Shown here: in pieces, positions 18,289 through 27,924 of the stretch | How positions within the stretch are numbered: position 1 is the stretch's first letter | Layout: the number at the start of each line of letters is the position of its first letter | From: an uncultured Acidobacteriota bacterium | GTDB taxonomy: Bacteria; Acidobacteriota; JAQAZP01 | Direction of reading: 5' to 3' | Assembly (NCBI GenBank): GCA_963836075.1 | Contig: CAWIIB010000009.1 | Location: 2,496,001 to 2,560,000 of the forward strand | Length of the DNA: 64,000 nt | Position numbers and translations under genes: made by a program | Notes under the pieces: generated by a model | Databases searched by the model: none | Told to the model about the DNA's origin: nothing | What the model saw: the letters and a program-made list of their open reading frames with translations, nothing else

Positions 18289-20562
18289 GTGCCCGACAAC
18301 AGCAGACCGAAACGCAGGAAGGCCAAAGACGCCGCGCGGCCCCGGTGGCAGGCGGTGACCGCGCCGAACCTGGTGGAAGAAATCGTGGAGTCCCGCTGTG
18401 CCGACCCCTTTTCCGTGCTCGGTGCGCACCACACGGGTGAGGGCGCCAACAGCGGTGTGGTGGTCCGGACCTTTCACCCCGAGGCCACCGATGTGACCCT
18501 GGTGATCCTCGATCCCGGCGGGAAAGTGGAAACCGAAAATGCCATGGAGCGGGTCCATCCCGACGGGTTCTTCCAGTTCTTCACGCCGGGACGGGACCAG
18601 CTCTTCGACTACCGGCTGCGGCTGACCTATGACGACGGGTCCCAGGGCACCATCCGCGACCCCTACTGCTTCCTGCCGGTGCTGGGCACCCTCGACCGCT
18701 ACCTCTTCAATCAGGGCAACCACCTGCGGATCTACGAGAAGCTGGGCGCGCACCTGATGGAGATCGGCGGCGAGCCGGGAGTGCACTTTGCCGTCTGGGC
18801 CCCCAGCGCGCGACGGGTTTCGGTGGTCGGCGGGTTCAACCAGTGGGACGGCCGGCGCCACCCCATGCGGTCACTGGGCGTCTCCGGGATCTGGGAGCTC
18901 TTCATCCCCGGCCTGCAGCACGGCCAGGACTACCGCTACGAGATCAGGACCGCTGACGGCCGCCTGCTGCAAAAGTCCGATCCCTATGCCAACCACTGCC
19001 GGGAACGGGAGGAAGGGCGCCCCTCGCTGGTCTGGGACCTGGGCCGCCACCAGTGGGAAGACGGGGAGTGGATGGCCCGCCGGGCCGGGCAGGAGTTCAA
19101 CCAGCCGCTATCGATCTACGAGGTGCACCTCGGTTCCTGGCGGCGGGTGGCCGAGGAGAACAACCGCAGCCTGAGCTACCGCGAGCTCGCCGAATACCTG
19201 GTGGACTACGTGGCCGACATGGGGTTCACCCACGTGCAGCTGATGCCGGTGGCCGAGCATCCCTTTGGCGGTTCCTGGGGCTACCAGGTGACCCAGTATT
19301 TTGCCCCCACCAGCCGTTTTGGCGACCCGGAGGACCTGATGTACCTGGTGGACCGTTTCCACCAGCGGGGCATCGGCGTCTTCCTCGACTGGGTGCCGGC
19401 GCACTTTCCCACCGACGGGCACAGCCTGGCCCGCTTTGACGGGTCGGCCCTCTACGAGCACGACGACCCCCGGCTGGGTGCGCACCCCGACTGGGGTACG
19501 CTGATCTTCAACTACGGGCGTCACGAGGTGCGCAACTTCCTCATCGCCAATGCCCACTTCTGGCTCGACCGCTACCACGTGGACGGGCTGCGGGTGGATG
19601 CGGTGGCCTCCATGCTCTACCTCGACTACAGCCGCCGGGAAGGGGAGTGGATCGCCAACCGCTACGGGGGCCGGGAGAACCTGGACGCCATCGAGTTTCT
19701 CAAACAGATGAACATCAGTGTCTTCCAGCACCACCCCGGGTCGCTGACCGTGGCCGAAGAGTCCACCGCCTGGCCCGGCGTCTCCCGCCCGGCCCACCTG
19801 GGCGGCCTCGGTTTCGGCATGAAGTGGAACATGGGCTGGATGCACGACATGCTGACTTACATGGCCGAGGACCCGGTGCACCGCAAGTATCACCACAGCA
19901 GTCTGACCTTCGCCCTGCTCTACGCCTTCCACGAGAACTTCATCCTCCCCCTGTCCCACGACGAGGTGGTCTACGGCAAGCGCTCGCTGCTGGAGAAGAT
20001 GCCGGGGGACCTGTGGCAGAAAATGGCCAACCTGCGGCTGCTCTTCGGCTACATGTTCGGACAGCCGGGGAAGAAGCTGCTCTTCATGGGCGGCGAGTTC
20101 GGCCAGCGGGACGAGTGGGACCACCAGAAGAGCCTCGACTGGCACCTGCTGGATGACCCGCAACACGCCGGGATTCAGCGCTACGTCCGCGATCTGAACC
20201 AGCTCTACCGGCGGGAACCGGCGATGTGGGAGAAGGACTTCAGCCCCGAGGGGTTCCAGTGGATCGACCTGCACAACTGGGAGGAGAGCGTGGTGGCCTT
20301 CCTCCGGCGGGGCAATGATGCGGAGGACTCGCTGGTCTTTGTCTACAATTTCACGCCGGTGCCCCGGTCAACCTACCGCATCGGCGTGCCCCGCGGCGGC
20401 GGTTACGCCGAGATCCTGAACAGCGACTCGGAGATCTACGGCGGGTCGAATGTGGGGAACCTCGGCCGTATCGCAGCCGAGGCCCTGCCCTGGGACGGGA
20501 TGAGCCACTCCATCAGCATCACCCTCCCGCCCCTGGCGGCCCTGGTGTTCAAGCCGCTGTAG
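18289..20562 (+). CDS. glgB: 1,4-alpha-glucan branching enzyme (GH13_9)
   Basis: FAVWAP, IYEVHLGSW, SWGYQ, LDWVPAHF, DGLRVDAVASMLY, AEEST, LSHDEVV. Confidence 0.97.
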   Translation: MPDNSRPKRRKAKDAARPRWQAVTAPNLVEEIVESRCADPFSVLGAHHTGEGANSGVVVRTFHPEATDVTLVILDPGGKVETENAMERVHPDGFFQFFTPGRDQLFDYRLRLTYDDGSQGTIRDPYCFLPVLGTLDRYLFNQGNHLRIYEKLGAHLMEIGGEPGVHFAVWAPSARRVSVVGGFNQWDGRRHPMRSLGVSGIWELFIPGLQHGQDYRYEIRTADGRLLQKSDPYANHCREREEGRPSLVWDLGRHQWEDGEWMARRAGQEFNQPLSIYEVHLGSWRRVAEENNRSLSYRELAEYLVDYVADMGFTHVQLMPVAEHPFGGSWGYQVTQYFAPTSRFGDPEDLMYLVDRFHQRGIGVFLDWVPAHFPTDGHSLARFDGSALYEHDDPRLGAHPDWGTLIFNYGRHEVRNFLIANAHFWLDRYHVDGLRVDAVASMLYLDYSRREGEWIANRYGGRENLDAIEFLKQMNISVFQHHPGSLTVAEESTAWPGVSRPAHLGGLGFGMKWNMGWMHDMLTYMAEDPVHRKYHHSSLTFALLYAFHENFILPLSHDEVVYGKRSLLEKMPGDLWQKMANLRLLFGYMFGQPGKKLLFMGGEFGQRDEWDHQKSLDWHLLDDPQHAGIQRYVRDLNQLYRREPAMWEKDFSPEGFQWIDLHNWEESVVAFLRRGNDAEDSLVFVYNFTPVPRSTYRIGVPRGGGYAEILNSDSEIYGGSNVGNLGRIAAEALPWDGMSHSISITLPPLAALVFKPL

Positions 20563-20582
20563 CAGGCCGCGGGGCGCGGCCG

Positions 20583-22973
20583 TCAACCCTCTGTCCTTCC
20601 GTTGAACAGATCCTCCAGCGACCGGCGGTGGAACCCCAGCAGTTCGGCCAGATCGAGGGCTCCGTGCGGCGCCGCCGGCGCACTGCCGTCACCATGGAGG
20701 GAGGCCTCCAGCGCTTCCCAGAAGCGGATCTGCAGGGTGCGGCTCCCGGCGGGCTCCAGCCCCATCCGTCCGCCCAGCCGGGCCAGCTTCAGGGCTTCCT
20801 GCAGCGGTTTTGGCGAACTGAACAGGTCGGGGCGCTCCAGCTGCCGGCCCAGGGCCCGTTCAAAGGCCGCCGCACCGGCCGTGGTGTCCAGGGGCAGGTC
20901 CAGGGCCCGGGCCGTCCGCAGCATGCCCCGGGCCGGCCGGAACGCCTTGGGGTCCCCGCGCTCCAGGGCCTCTTCCACCCGTTCTTCGAAGAGACGGGTC
21001 AAGGCCAGGGCGGCGCCGGTATCACGGTTTCGCACCGCTCGCTGATAGAGGTCACGGCCGGTGCCGTGCAGTTCCAGCATCCTGCGGGCGCGGCTCTCCT
21101 CCTGCCGGCGCCGCAGCCTCTCCTCCAGGATCTCCCGGAAGGCCGGCGGCAGCAGCTGCTCCCGGTGGAAGTTCCACGGATGGCCGTGGAGGATCTCCTC
21201 CTCCGATGACCGGGCCAACGACTGCAGCAGGTCGTGCAGTGCGCTCTCGGCCTTGTCCTCCGCCACCTCCTCGGCCCAGGCCCGGCATTCGCCCTCATCC
21301 GTCCGCAGGACCAGGTGGAGGAACGCCCGGGGCGCGGGGAACCGCCTGTTTTGCAGCCGGGACCAGCCGGCGGCCAGCGCGAGGGATCCCCGGCTGAGCT
21401 GTTCCACCAGGGCCGTGTCCCAGTGCTGTTCGCCGTGCTCGCCCAGGGGGCGCTCCACCCCGCAAAAGGAGAGCAGTGCGGCGGCGGCCGCCAGATCTCC
21501 CGCACCCAGAGTGCGCGGGAGCACCTCCCGCCGGTAGATCCGGGCGCCGGTGCCCTTGCCTGGGATGTTGCTCACCGCCTGGCCGAGGGTCCGCAGCAGC
21601 TCCCCCTCGGCCTGCTCCCCGAAATCGCCGGCCAGCAGTTCGGCGACCCGCCGGGCGTAGAGCATGTTCTGCAGCGGTTCCAGGCCGCTGATGTCGTTGA
21701 AGAACCAGCCGCAGGAGGTGAACATCAGCTGGCTGTAATACTGCAGCTGGCGCAGGGCCCGGGAACGGGGCCCCTCTCCGGGGTCCGTGGCGGCCGGGCC
21801 GTCGGTTGGCGCCCCCTCCCGCTGCAGCACGGTGTCGGCACGGTCCCGCAGGCCGTTGAGGGCAGTTCTCAGCGGAGCCCGCCACCGCTGGTTCCAGCCC
21901 GCTTCCGCCCCGGTGGAGCAGCCGCAGTCCCGGACCCAGCGGCCCACGCCGTGGGCGCAGGACCAGGCGGTTCCCTCACCCCCCGGGCCGGGCTGCAGCC
22001 GGGCCTCCAGTTGCGGGGGGAAGAGCTCCAGGAACCGGCCGAAGTTGGTCAGCCGGAAGCCCCGCTGTTCCGGCGGCTCGCTGAAGACCCAGCTGAGGCA
22101 CATGTTGCCGAACTGCTCGTGGTGGCCAAAGGTCTCGCCGTCGGTGGCCACTACCACCGCCTGGGCCGCCGGGTCCGACTCGTCGAAGGCGCGCTCCAGC
22201 CGCCGGGCAAAGGTGCGGCCGTCGCGGAGCAGGTGATCGAAGCTGATCTCCCGCGACAGGTCGGGGTGGAAGAAAAAGACGTCCAGGTGCCCCGTCCCCC
22301 GGTCCCGGCCGAACACCCGGCATGCTCGCCGGTGTACCACCGATCCGGGTTCGGGAATCTCCTCCCAGCCTCCGCTGCCGTCCAGGGGCCGGGTGGCCTC
22401 CAGCTGGGAGGGGGCGAGGACCGCATACTCGACACCGCATTCGATGAGCAGTTCCGCGGTCTCCAGGTCCACGGCCGTTTCGGGCAGCCAGAGGCCCCGG
22501 GAGCGGCGGCCGAAGCGCCGCTGGAAATCGGACAGGCCCCAGAGGATCTGGGTCCGCTTGTCCTTCCGGCTGCACAGGGGGAGGATCGCGTGATTGTAGG
22601 CCTGGGCCATGGCGTTGCCGTGGCCGCCCCGGCGCCCGGCGCCGATCAGGTCACCGCGGATGATCTGCCGGTAGACGTCCGGCGCATTGGGTTCCAGCCA
22701 CTCCAGCAGGGTGGGGCCCACATTGAAACTCAGGTGCTCGAAATTGTTGACCAGCGCCGCGATCCGTCCCCCGCGGGCCAGCAGCGGCGAAAAGGCATTG
22801 GAGCGGTAGCACTCCTCGGTGATCCGCTCCGTCCAGTGACGGTAGGGCGCGGCCGAGTCCTGGCGCTCGATGAAACCGAGCCAGGGGTTCTCCCGCGGGG
22901 GCTGGTAGAAGTGCCCGTGAATGATCACAAAGTGCCGGTCATTTTCGTGTATGCTGTTCATCGACGGCTGCAT
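20583..22973 (-). CDS. Glycoside hydrolase family 57 protein with DUF3536
   Basis: IHGHFYQPPRENPW, SFNVGPTLL, QAYNHAILPL, LWLPETA, ATDGETFGHH, WSCAHGVGRW, MFTSCGWFF. Confidence 0.92.
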   Translation of the reverse strand: MQPSMNSIHENDRHFVIIHGHFYQPPRENPWLGFIERQDSAAPYRHWTERITEECYRSNAFSPLLARGGRIAALVNNFEHLSFNVGPTLLEWLEPNAPDVYRQIIRGDLIGAGRRGGHGNAMAQAYNHAILPLCSRKDKRTQILWGLSDFQRRFGRRSRGLWLPETAVDLETAELLIECGVEYAVLAPSQLEATRPLDGSGGWEEIPEPGSVVHRRACRVFGRDRGTGHLDVFFFHPDLSREISFDHLLRDGRTFARRLERAFDESDPAAQAVVVATDGETFGHHEQFGNMCLSWVFSEPPEQRGFRLTNFGRFLELFPPQLEARLQPGPGGEGTAWSCAHGVGRWVRDCGCSTGAEAGWNQRWRAPLRTALNGLRDRADTVLQREGAPTDGPAATDPGEGPRSRALRQLQYYSQLMFTSCGWFFNDISGLEPLQNMLYARRVAELLAGDFGEQAEGELLRTLGQAVSNIPGKGTGARIYRREVLPRTLGAGDLAAAAALLSFCGVERPLGEHGEQHWDTALVEQLSRGSLALAAGWSRLQNRRFPAPRAFLHLVLRTDEGECRAWAEEVAEDKAESALHDLLQSLARSSEEEILHGHPWNFHREQLLPPAFREILEERLRRRQEESRARRMLELHGTGRDLYQRAVRNRDTGAALALTRLFEERVEEALERGDPKAFRPARGMLRTARALDLPLDTTAGAAAFERALGRQLERPDLFSSPKPLQEALKLARLGGRMGLEPAGSRTLQIRFWEALEASLHGDGSAPAAPHGALDLAELLGFHRRSLEDLFNGRTEG

Positions 22974-23032
22974 CCTCCTGGGTGCGGTATTCTATCAGAC
23001 GGCACGTTGACCGCCATGCTGGAGAGGAAAAA

Positions 23033-23383
23033 ATGAAAATCGTCAGCCTCGGTGACGTGGAGCGGCAGAAGGTGGTGATGGAGGGGGCCTCGGGCGCCTG
23101 CAAGCAGGTGCCGGTGGGGGGCGGGGACGGTTCTCCGCTGATGGCCCTCAGGGTCTTCACCATCGAGCCGGGCGGGTTCACCCCGCGCCACCACCACCCC
23201 TATGAGCACATCAACTACATCATCAGCGGCAGCGGTTTCCTCAAGGACCCGGAAGGGAATGAGCGGCCCCTGGCAGCCGGCGATTTCGCCCTGGTGCTGC
23301 CCGATGAGCTGCACCAGTACCGCAACGGGTCGCCGGACGAACCGCTGGTGATGATCTGTCTCGTCCCCCGGGAGTTCGAGTGA
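23033..23383 (+). CDS. Cupin domain protein
   Basis: FTIEPGGFTPRHHHPYEH...PDELHQYRN; GGAGAGG SD. Confidence 0.88.
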   Translation: MKIVSLGDVERQKVVMEGASGACKQVPVGGGDGSPLMALRVFTIEPGGFTPRHHHPYEHINYIISGSGFLKDPEGNERPLAAGDFALVLPDELHQYRNGSPDEPLVMICLVPREFE

Positions 23384-23835
23384 GCGGCGCGGAAAGCAGG
23401 CCCTTCTGGGAGACCATACCGCTGGCCGAGATGACCACCCGGCAGTGGGAGTCGCTGTGCGACGGCTGTGCCCGCTGCTGCCTGGAGAAGCTGGAGGATA
23501 CCCGGGCGGGCACACTCTACTTCACCCGGGTGGCCTGCCAGTTGCTGGACATCGAGCGTTGCCGCTGCACCGACTATTCGCGGCGGGCCCGGCTCGTTCC
23601 CGACTGCCTGCGCCTGACCCCCGACCTGGGGGAGACCTTCCGCTGGCTGCCGGTCAGCTGTGCCTACCGCCTGATCCACGAGGGCCGGCCGCTGGCCCAC
23701 TGGCACCCGCTGGTCTCCGGCGACACCGACTCGGTGCACCGGGCGGGCATCTCGGTGCGCGCACTGGCCGTACCCAAGACCGAAGCCCCGGACCAGATCC
23801 TCGAGGACCACATCATTCTCAGCCAGGCCCTGTAG
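23380..23835 (+). CDS. ycgN: YcgN/UPF0260 cysteine-cluster protein
   Basis: WESLCDGCARCCLEKLED, ACQLLD, VPDCL, WLPVSCAYR, WHPLVSGD. Confidence 0.92.
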   Translation: MSGAESRPFWETIPLAEMTTRQWESLCDGCARCCLEKLEDTRAGTLYFTRVACQLLDIERCRCTDYSRRARLVPDCLRLTPDLGETFRWLPVSCAYRLIHEGRPLAHWHPLVSGDTDSVHRAGISVRALAVPKTEAPDQILEDHIILSQAL

Positions 23836-23880
23836 CAGACCCTCGGGCTTCGCCCGCTCATCGCAATGACAGGTGGGAAT

Positions 23881-24264
23881 CTAGAAGGCGGCGGGAATGT
23901 GCTCGATGCGGGCGTCGCCGCTGCTCTGGATGGTGATCCCGATCACGTCAAAACGGCAGACCCGCCGGCTGAGATCGGGGTGCTGCTGGAGCCAGGCCTC
24001 GGCCAGCCGGGCCAGGCGGCGCTGCTTGCGGGCGTCCACCGCCTCCAGCGGGGAGCCGAAGGCCGTGCCGCGGCGTGTCTTGACCTCGACAAAGATCAGC
24101 AGCGGCTCCTCGCCCTCTCCCGGGCCGTCGGCGACGATGTCGATCTCCCCCAGACGGCTGCGGGCGTTGGTTTCCCGGATGCGGCAGCCCAGGCCACGGA
24201 GAAAGTCGGCGGCCAGTTCCTCTCCCCGGTGGCCGAGGGACTGGGCTGGTGTGCTGGAGGACAT
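23881..24264 (-). CDS. yraN: YraN/UPF0102 family putative endonuclease
   Basis: LGHRGEELA, GEIDIV, IFVEVKTR, CRFDVI, HIPAAF. Confidence 0.92.
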   Translation of the reverse strand: MSSSTPAQSLGHRGEELAADFLRGLGCRIRETNARSRLGEIDIVADGPGEGEEPLLIFVEVKTRRGTAFGSPLEAVDARKQRRLARLAEAWLQQHPDLSRRVCRFDVIGITIQSSGDARIEHIPAAF

Positions 24265-24279
24265 GGTCTTGTGAAGTGG

Positions 24280-24858
24280 TCAGTTCGGGCGGCCCTGCTG
24301 CCGTCCCTGGTGTTCCATTCCGCGCAGCCTTTTCACCCGCTGCCGCATGTCGTTGTGAAAGCGCTGCTGGAAGATGATGAATTTCGCGTATTGCCGGGTG
24401 GAGAGCAGGGCGGCGATTTCCAGATTCAACTGGTCCTGCTGCTGGTGAAAATCGTGATCCGCCTGCCGGATGCCGGTCAGCAGATTCTCGATTTCCGCCT
24501 CGCTGCTCTCGTCATCTTCCACCATTGCCGCCAGGGTGCGCTGCAGCTCCGACTGGGTCTGGAAATGTTCCCAGCGGGTCTTTTCGCGCACCTTGATCAG
24601 TGGCATGATCTTCAGCGCCTGTTCGTCGCTCAATTCCAGTTCTTCGGTGAGCCTGAACACCAGGTAGAGGTGCATGGTCTCCCGGAGCTCGTCGGACATT
24701 TCACCGGGCGGTCCGAAGGGTCCGGAAGGCGGAGGGCCCACCTGAGGCTGGTCCCCGGACGCCGGTTGCTCGGTCTGGGCCGCGGACGGTCCATAGACCA
24801 GCCCGGCCAGCAACAAGGCGGCCGCGGCCGCGGTGATGATCATTCGTCCCCTTGACAT
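24280..24858 (-). CDS. Periplasmic Spy/CpxP-like helical protein
   Basis: Signal peptide, LELSDEQ and LLSTRQ (LTxxQ-like) motifs; lies downstream of the ECF/anti-sigma pair. Confidence 0.6.
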   Translation of the reverse strand: MSRGRMIITAAAAALLLAGLVYGPSAAQTEQPASGDQPQVGPPPSGPFGPPGEMSDELRETMHLYLVFRLTEELELSDEQALKIMPLIKVREKTRWEHFQTQSELQRTLAAMVEDDESSEAEIENLLTGIRQADHDFHQQQDQLNLEIAALLSTRQYAKFIIFQQRFHNDMRQRVKRLRGMEHQGRQQGRPN

Positions 24859-24915
24859 TGCCATCCTCCACACCCCCTCCCGGGGTATTGTTTCCAGTGC
24901 CGGCGGCCCGGTGGC

Positions 24916-25647
24916 TCAGCTGCTGGTCATCTCCTCCCGCAGCATTTCCGCCAGCCGGTTCAGTTCGTCGCGGTCCAGTTCTTCCAGCAGCCGGTAGGTC
25001 TCTGTTCCATCCAGGGCCGCCTGCCACTGTTCCTCCCGCTCCAGCCAGGAGTGGATAACGTCATTGGACCCGCCTTCCGAACCGGCGGCGGCCAGTGTGG
25101 GGCTTACCGAGGCCAGCGGCGCATCAGGCTCACCGGCCGGGTCCTGCCGTTCGAAAAAAACCTCCAGCTGGGCCAGTGTGCTGTCCTCGGCGCCACGCAG
25201 GGCTGCCTCCAGACGGGAGTTGACCCGCCGGGCCTCCATCACCGCTTCGCCCCGCGGCCCCATGTTCGAGTAGAGCACCAGCAGGGCGAGGATCACCGTG
25301 GCCAGGGCCAGGGAACCGATGATCGCCGGGCGCAGCACCACCCGTTTCAGCCGTTCAGCGAAGCCCAGTTTCTCCGCCTGCTGGTCCATCCGGGTGCGCA
25401 GGTCGGGCAGGAAGCGATTCCAGAAGCCGCTCCCCGGGTCCGCAGCGTCGATGTCCGACACCTCGAGAATCAGTGCGCGCACGGTGCGGGCCTCTTCCCC
25501 GGCTTCGGGGTGTGCCTCGACCCAGGCGCTGAAGTCGGCCAGGTCGCTGCCCGATAGGTTGTTCTCGATGTAGTCGGGCAACAGCTGTTCGAATCGTTTG
25601 CGGTCCATGCCGGTCCCAGTTTTCTTCGTCCCGACGGCCGGGTTCAC
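24916..25647 (-). CDS. Putative single-TM anti-sigma factor
   Basis: Overlaps the ECF sigma stop; N-terminal LLPDYIENNL anti-sigma-like helix, FWNRF motif, one TM segment; alternative start at ATG 25608. Confidence 0.7.
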   Translation of the reverse strand: MNPAVGTKKTGTGMDRKRFEQLLPDYIENNLSGSDLADFSAWVEAHPEAGEEARTVRALILEVSDIDAADPGSGFWNRFLPDLRTRMDQQAEKLGFAERLKRVVLRPAIIGSLALATVILALLVLYSNMGPRGEAVMEARRVNSRLEAALRGAEDSTLAQLEVFFERQDPAGEPDAPLASVSPTLAAAGSEGGSNDVIHSWLEREEQWQAALDGTETYRLLEELDRDELNRLAEMLREEMTSS

Positions 25648-26195
25648 TCCTCGTTATCGCCGATCAGTTCCCGAAGTCGTTTCACCGCGTGGTAGAAATT
25701 GGCCTTGGCCGTTCCCACCGGGCAGCGCATGATCTCCGAGATCTCTTCGTATTTCAGTTCGCCGTACACCTTGAGCATCAGGGTCTGCTTCTGTTTTACC
25801 GGCAACCGGGCGATGGCGTCCTTCAGCATTGCAGTACGCTGTTGCTGCTGCAGAGCCAGCAGCGGATCGCTGGCGGTCCCGTTGCCCGCCATGGTGTCCA
25901 TCTCGCCCTCTTGCAGTTCCACCCGCCGGCTGATCCGCGGCGCTTTGAGATAGTTCAGGCTCAGGTTGATCACGATCCGGTAGAGCCAGGTACGGAAACT
26001 GCTGTCACCGCGGAAATTTTCCATCGACTGGTAGCAGCGGACAAAAGCGTCCTGGGCCAGGTCCCGGGCGTCCTCGTGGGACCTGGTCAGCCGCAGGGCG
26101 ATGAAATACGCCTCGCGCTTATGCCGTTCCACCAGCTTGTTGAAGGCCCCTTCGTCACCATGCCGGAAACGTTCGACCAGGATGCTGTCGTCCAC
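25644..26195 (-). CDS. ECF RNA polymerase sigma factor
   Basis: GDEGAFNKLV, DARDLAQDAF, FRGDSSFRTWLYRI, LKYEEISEIMRCPVGTAK. Confidence 0.93.
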   Translation of the reverse strand: MDDSILVERFRHGDEGAFNKLVERHKREAYFIALRLTRSHEDARDLAQDAFVRCYQSMENFRGDSSFRTWLYRIVINLSLNYLKAPRISRRVELQEGEMDTMAGNGTASDPLLALQQQQRTAMLKDAIARLPVKQKQTLMLKVYGELKYEEISEIMRCPVGTAKANFYHAVKRLRELIGDNEE

Positions 26196-26342
26196 GGGTT
26201 GTTCCTTCCCCTGGTCCTGGCCCCCTGGAGCACGGCCCTGCCGGACGGCTCATCTATAGGGACAACCCGGAGCGACGGGTGGTTTAATATCTGCTGTGGA
26301 CCGCCGGGAATAACCTGGCCGGCGGGAGGGGATGTTCCGGGC

Positions 26343-27788
26343 TCAGGTGGTCCAGACCAGCAGCCTGGGGTGGCCCACCGAGTAAACCTTGGTGCCCACG
26401 GAGCCGTCCTCCTGCCGGAAGTCTTCCAGTTCGTACCCGGCATCGCTCAGCTCCTGCCGGATGATGTCAGCCTTGGCAAAGTCCTTGGCCATGCGGGCGG
26501 CAGCCCGCTCGTTCACCAGCCGCCGCAAATCCTCGTCAAAGGTCGCGTCCTGTTCCGCCGCGGCCGGCAGGAGGACCCCCAGTACCTCGTCCATCCTCCG
26601 GGCCTGCTCGGCGAACTGCCGGGCGTTGCCCTGCCGCAGCTGGCCACCGTCGGCGGCGGTATTGCCCTCCCGGACCATCTGGAACAGGGCGCCCAGGGCA
26701 CCGGCGGTGTTCAGGTCGTCATCCATGGCCGCCTCGAAACCCTCACGCCCCCTTTCGGCGGCGGCGAGCAGCTCCGGATCCTCCCCCTCGGGAAAGCCGG
26801 CGCCACTCATCCGTTCCAGGAAATCGCGCAACCGGCCGATGGCCTGTCCGGCGTGGCTGATCCCCTCGAGAGTGAAGTTCAGCTGCTTGCGGTAGTGGAC
26901 CGAGAGCAGCAGGTAGCGGATGGCCACCGGGGAGAACCCCCGGGTGGTGAGATCGCGCAAGGTATAGAAGTTGCCCTTGGATTTGGACATTTTCTCGCCG
27001 TCCACGATCAGGTGTTCGCTGTGCAGCCAGTAGTTGACGAACGGCTCGCCGGTGGCCCCGCGGCTCTGGGCGATCTCGTTTTCGTGGTGCGGGAAGATGT
27101 TGTCCACCCCGCCGGTGTGGATGTCGAAGTGTGAACCGAGGTAGCGCATGCTCATCGCCGAGCATTCGATGTGCCAGCCGGGACGGCCCTCGCCGAAGCT
27201 GGCGGGCCAGGACGGTTCACCCTCCTTGCGGTCTTTCCACAGGGCGAAGTCCCGCACGTCCTCCTTCTCGTACTCGTCGCTGGCCACCCGGGCTCCGGCC
27301 TTGATCCCTGCCGGGTCCACGCCGGAAAGCTGCCCGTATTCGGGGAAGGAGCTGATGCGGAAGTAGATCCCCCCTTCGCTGCGGTAGGCGTGTCCGCGTT
27401 CGATCAATTTTTCGATGATCTGCACCATCTCTTCGATGCAGTCGGTGGCCCGGGGGTATTCCTCGGCCCGATCGATGCTCAACGAGTCGAGGTCTTCGAA
27501 AAAGGCCTCGGTGAAGCCCGAGGTGAACTCCTGGATCGTGATCCCGGCCGCCTTGGAATCACGGATGATCTTGTCCTCGATGTCGGTGATGTTCATCACC
27601 TGGAACACCTCGAAGCCCTTGTACTTCAGGTAGCGGCGGAGCACGTCCTCGAAGATGTAGGTCCGGAAATTGCCGATGTGGGCAAAGTTGTAGACAGTGG
27701 GACCGCAGGTGTACAGACCCGCCCGGCCGTCCTGGAGCGGCACGAATTCCTCTTTTTCCCGGGTGAGGGTGTTGTACAGCCTGAGCAT
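26343..27788 (-). CDS. cysS: Cysteine--tRNA ligase
   Basis: YTCGPTVY, HIGN, DFALWK, GRPGWHIECSAM, FPHHENE, KMSKS. Confidence 0.98.
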   Translation of the reverse strand: MLRLYNTLTREKEEFVPLQDGRAGLYTCGPTVYNFAHIGNFRTYIFEDVLRRYLKYKGFEVFQVMNITDIEDKIIRDSKAAGITIQEFTSGFTEAFFEDLDSLSIDRAEEYPRATDCIEEMVQIIEKLIERGHAYRSEGGIYFRISSFPEYGQLSGVDPAGIKAGARVASDEYEKEDVRDFALWKDRKEGEPSWPASFGEGRPGWHIECSAMSMRYLGSHFDIHTGGVDNIFPHHENEIAQSRGATGEPFVNYWLHSEHLIVDGEKMSKSKGNFYTLRDLTTRGFSPVAIRYLLLSVHYRKQLNFTLEGISHAGQAIGRLRDFLERMSGAGFPEGEDPELLAAAERGREGFEAAMDDDLNTAGALGALFQMVREGNTAADGGQLRQGNARQFAEQARRMDEVLGVLLPAAAEQDATFDEDLRRLVNERAAARMAKDFAKADIIRQELSDAGYELEDFRQEDGSVGTKVYSVGHPRLLVWTT

Positions 27789-27870
27789 CAGCTTTTCCTC
27801 CTCCTGCTCCTTCCGCCGCCGGTCGATTCCCCGCGGCTATCTCTCGCTTCCGGCCGGGGAGAAGTATGCT

Positions 27871-27899
27871 TATATAGGGCAGCGCCCCGGGAAAGTCAA
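27871..27899 (-). promoter_or_regulatory. sigma70-type promoter for cysS
   Basis: TTGACT-17 nt-TATATA. Confidence 0.6.
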
Positions 27900-27924
27900 T
27901 TGAAACTTTCAGCGAGCCCCCGGC

